From the NCBI RefSeq assembly GCF_009914755.1, contig NC_060934.1: 64,000 nucleotides of DNA; one strand, written 5' to 3'. Of this stretch, positions 59,169 through 64,000 are shown piece by piece. This stretch comes from the human T2T-CHM13v2.0 reference genome, Homo sapiens. Position numbers and translations under genes: made by a program. The notes beneath the pieces are model-generated. The model had not been told where the DNA came from, made no database searches, and saw only the letters and a list, made by a program, of their open reading frames with translations. Position 1 is the stretch's first letter, and each line of letters opens with the position of its first letter.

Positions 59169-59338
59169 AGCAATATATATTGAAATAAAAAAAGGATCCA
59201 TTATTTGTACCTTAGTATCATTTAAGAATATCAGAATCATAAGTAACTTAGCAACATATATTGAAATAAAAAAAGGATCCATTATTTGTACCTTAGTATC
59301 ATTTAAGAATATCAGAATCATCAGTAACTTAGCAATAT
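59169..59338. repeat. 81-bp tandem duplication
   Basis: 59169-59249 and 59250-59330 differ at 2 positions; AGCAATAT recurs at 59331. Confidence 0.97.
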
Positions 59339-59356
59339 TGCCCCATTAGCCTAAAT

Positions 59357-59555
59357 TGGAGATCTGAAAACAGTAGCTCAACAGTCGAGTTCAGCCTGCC
59401 TGAATATTTTGGAAATAAAATTTTATTGTAACACAGTCATTCTTATTTATGTATCTGTTGCCTATGACCCCTTTTAGGCTATGCCAAGAGATTGTATAGC
59501 CTGCAAAGCACAAAATACTATCTGGCCCTTTACAGAAAATATTTTATAAACCTTG
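59357..59555 (+). mobile_element. MER58A-like hAT MITE
   Basis: AAATAAAATTTTATTGTAACACAGTCA...CTATCTGGCCCTTTACAGAAAA; 8-bp TSD GCCTAAAT on both sides. Confidence 0.8.
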
Positions 59556-60702
59556 GCCTAAATTGTAAAAATTTGGCTTAATTTTTTCTGTTTACTTTTC
59601 CTTTGGCATCAGGATGAATAGTTGACTGTTTTTCTAGTCACCTCAAAACAAAGCTGGAGTTAATAGAGACTGATATTAACTTTGGAAAAGGAAAACAGTT
59701 ACTCAAGAAGAGCTCAGCATGAATTGTTCAGCATCAGAACCAGCCAGGCAATTACAGATGTTTCCTTTCTTCATTTCTTTCTATCATTTAACTAGGCTTT
59801 CTTTCAGAGATAATGGTGATTTACAAAGAAGAAAACCTTAGGGTATTCTTTGTTCCCATGATTGGAAATGATTTAAAGCAATGGTGTTTAAATAAGATGA
59901 TTTTGTTTAACTTTTCCTTCACTTTTTTGCCCAAACTATCCCTTTTCATATCTACTTGCAGTAGATGTTTCATAAAGACTTCTTTCCCTTGGAAAATTTT
60001 TGCCTTTACTAGATAGATGGGCATGATACCGAAATGGAGAGGAAGAATCACTTCTGCCCAAATTCATTTTGTATTGCATTGTCAGTCACCAACTGGGATG
60101 AATTTTCTGATACAAAAATTTCCCATCAGGTAATCTAGGCAGGATATATAATTCTTATTGACTAGTTTTCTGTGGTACTCAGAAATTTCAAAGAACATAT
60201 TTGATATTTGTCCTACTTGTATGATATAAAATAATGGAAATAATCACACATAACTCTAACCTGAAGCAAATAGCTCAGCCTCAGGCTCAGACAAACCTGG
60301 GTTAAAAGCTTTGCTTGGCTGGTTGCTATGGTCAGAGACCCTGAGACTATTGCTTGCCTTTTTTATGGTGGATAATGCAGCCTACACATAGGCAGAGTGA
60401 AAATTAAGGCCATTTAATACATTGTTGGAATACAACAGATGAGAAATCCCTCCTCAGTTATATATAAATGTCTTAAGTCCCGTTCATGCAAGTTTCCGTG
60501 AATTATTAAGGAAAAGTAATGCAGCAGATGCTTTCAATGCTTCACCCACAGATCCTTGGCATTTACTACTCTCAGACACATCACTGGCTTCTTACTGCAA
60601 GTACTTGCAGATCTCAAAGTGACTCCTTTCTATAGCTAAGGGAGCTGCTTAGTTTTTGTGCAGGTCAGGACAGAGGTACTGAAAAGTTAGCTTCCACAGG
60701 AG

Positions 60703-61132
60703 CAGTGGTGTGCTGGAGCTGTGTAAAGCAGTATGCAAGTTCTGATTGTTAAATTTTCAAAAATCTGGCAAACTGATTCTTAAATAGCATCATTATTAAA
60801 AATTAAATTATGTAATATAATAATCAAATGAAACACATGAAAAATAAGAGTAAAATATGCTCAAAACTCATCACTCCCCAGTCATTTTGCAATTTAGTCT
60901 TATTTCTGTGTTTCTGAAGTTTTTTTAATGTGTTTTTGTATCTGTAGGATAGAGATTCCATATAATGGTGTGCTACTGTACATCTCTTCCCAATTCCACA
61001 CTCAGCAATGTAATATTAGAACTTGAAATTGGCCATGGTGAGAGTATGTCCACCAAAGAAATTGGTAAGGGCTACAAATCAGGGCTATTTGTTCAGAGAG
61101 CTGATTGTTAAATATTTACCAGCACACCACTG
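60703..61132. mobile_element. MER63 (hAT-Blackjack) non-autonomous element
   Basis: Perfect 14-bp TIRs CAGTGGTGTGCTGG / CCAGCACACCACTG; 430 bp. Confidence 0.88.
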
Positions 61133-63200
<2,068 letters not shown>

Positions 63201-63209
63201 GGCAGAGAC

Positions 63210-63210
<1 letters not shown>

Positions 63211-63240
<30 letters not shown>
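63211..63240 (+). repeat. (CAA)10 microsatellite inside L1 ORF2
   Basis: 30 nt of perfect CAA. Confidence 0.97.
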
Positions 63241-63241
<1 letters not shown>

Positions 63242-63912
63242 TCAGGCCAATATCTCTGATGAACATCAATGTGAAAATCCTCAATAAAATACTGGCAAAC
63301 CGAATCCAGCAGCATATCAAAAAAATTATCCACCACGATCAAGTCGGCTTCATCCCTGGAATGCAAGGTTGGTTCAACATACACAAATCAATAAATGTAA
63401 TCCATCACATAAACAGAACCAATGACAAAAACTACATGATTATCTCAATAGATTCAGAAAAGGCCTTTGATAAAATTCAAAACCTCTTCATGCTAAAAAC
63501 TCTCAATAAACTAGGTATTGATGGAACGTATCTCAAAATAGTAAGAGCTATTTATGACAAACCCACAGCCAATATCATACTGAATGGACAACAGCTGGAA
63601 GCATTCCCATTGAAAACTGGCACAAGACAAGGATGCCCTCTCTCACCACTCCTATTCGACATGGTATTGGAAGTTCTGGCCAGGGCAATCAGGCAAGAGA
63701 AAAAAATAAAAGGTATTCAAATAGGAAGAGAAGACGTCAAATTCTCTCTGTTTGCAGATGACATGATTGTATATTTAGAAAATCCCATCATCTCAGCCCA
63801 AAAACTCCTTAATCTGATAAGCAACTTAACAGTCTCAGGATACAAAAATGGTGTGCAAAAATCACAAGCATTCCTATACACTAATAACAGACAAACAGAC
63901 AGCCAATCGTAA
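63241..63912 (+). pseudogene. L1 ORF2p reverse transcriptase core fragment (open ~223 codons)
   Basis: FRPISLMN...[16 protein letters not shown]...[13 protein letters not shown]...LFADDMIVY. Confidence 0.9.
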
Positions 63913-64000
63913 GTGAACTCCCATTCACAATTGCTACAAAGAGAATAAAATAACCAGGAATACAAATTACAAGGGATGTGAAGGACCTCTTCAAGGAGAA

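Larger units (their letters stand above)
57860..59190 (+). mobile_element. L2 3' region, interrupted by nested Alus
   Basis: CAGAATAAAATCCAAACTCCTCACCATG; CACTGCATCCCCAGTGCTCAGAGCAGTGTCTGACACATA. Confidence 0.75.

Noticed and set aside
59136-59321. ORF with a repeated 27-aa unit
   Set aside because: By-product of the 81-bp DNA duplication overlapping an L2 end
63211-63240. Disease-type polyglutamine gene
   Set aside because: The CAA run lies in a dead L1; the upstream native ORF2 frame would read Thr and there is no host gene

Overview
AT-rich, CpG-poor primate (very probably human) non-coding genomic DNA, intergenic or deep intronic. No host protein-coding exon, rRNA, tRNA, CRISPR array or CpG-island promoter can be supported. 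Almost all track ORFs are chance frames or transposon remnants. Roughly half the window is interspersed repeats: 15 Alu pieces (J, S, Y), two primate L1PA elements, several older L1M and L2 relics, MaLR/ERV LTRs (MER21, MLT1, MST, THE1A, MER57/93-like, MER65), an ERVL internal fragment, DNA transposons (MADE1, MER58, MER63, MER5), MIRs and a CR1/L3 fragment. The most striking items are: (1) a ~2 kb, indel-free 32-bp AT-rich palindromic minisatellite organised into variant blocks; (2) a near full-length L1PA7-like element with an in-frame ORF1-ORF2 fusion deletion, an open ORF0-like frame and a repair-scarred 5' junction to an Alu tail; (3) a twin-primed (5'-inverted) L1 with a (CAA)10 expansion beside the inversion point; and (4) several small templated duplications and inversions. 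I found no evidence for a genuinely new biological system. Repeat subfamily names come from recalled consensus sequences, not a database search, and boundaries of old repeats are approximate.
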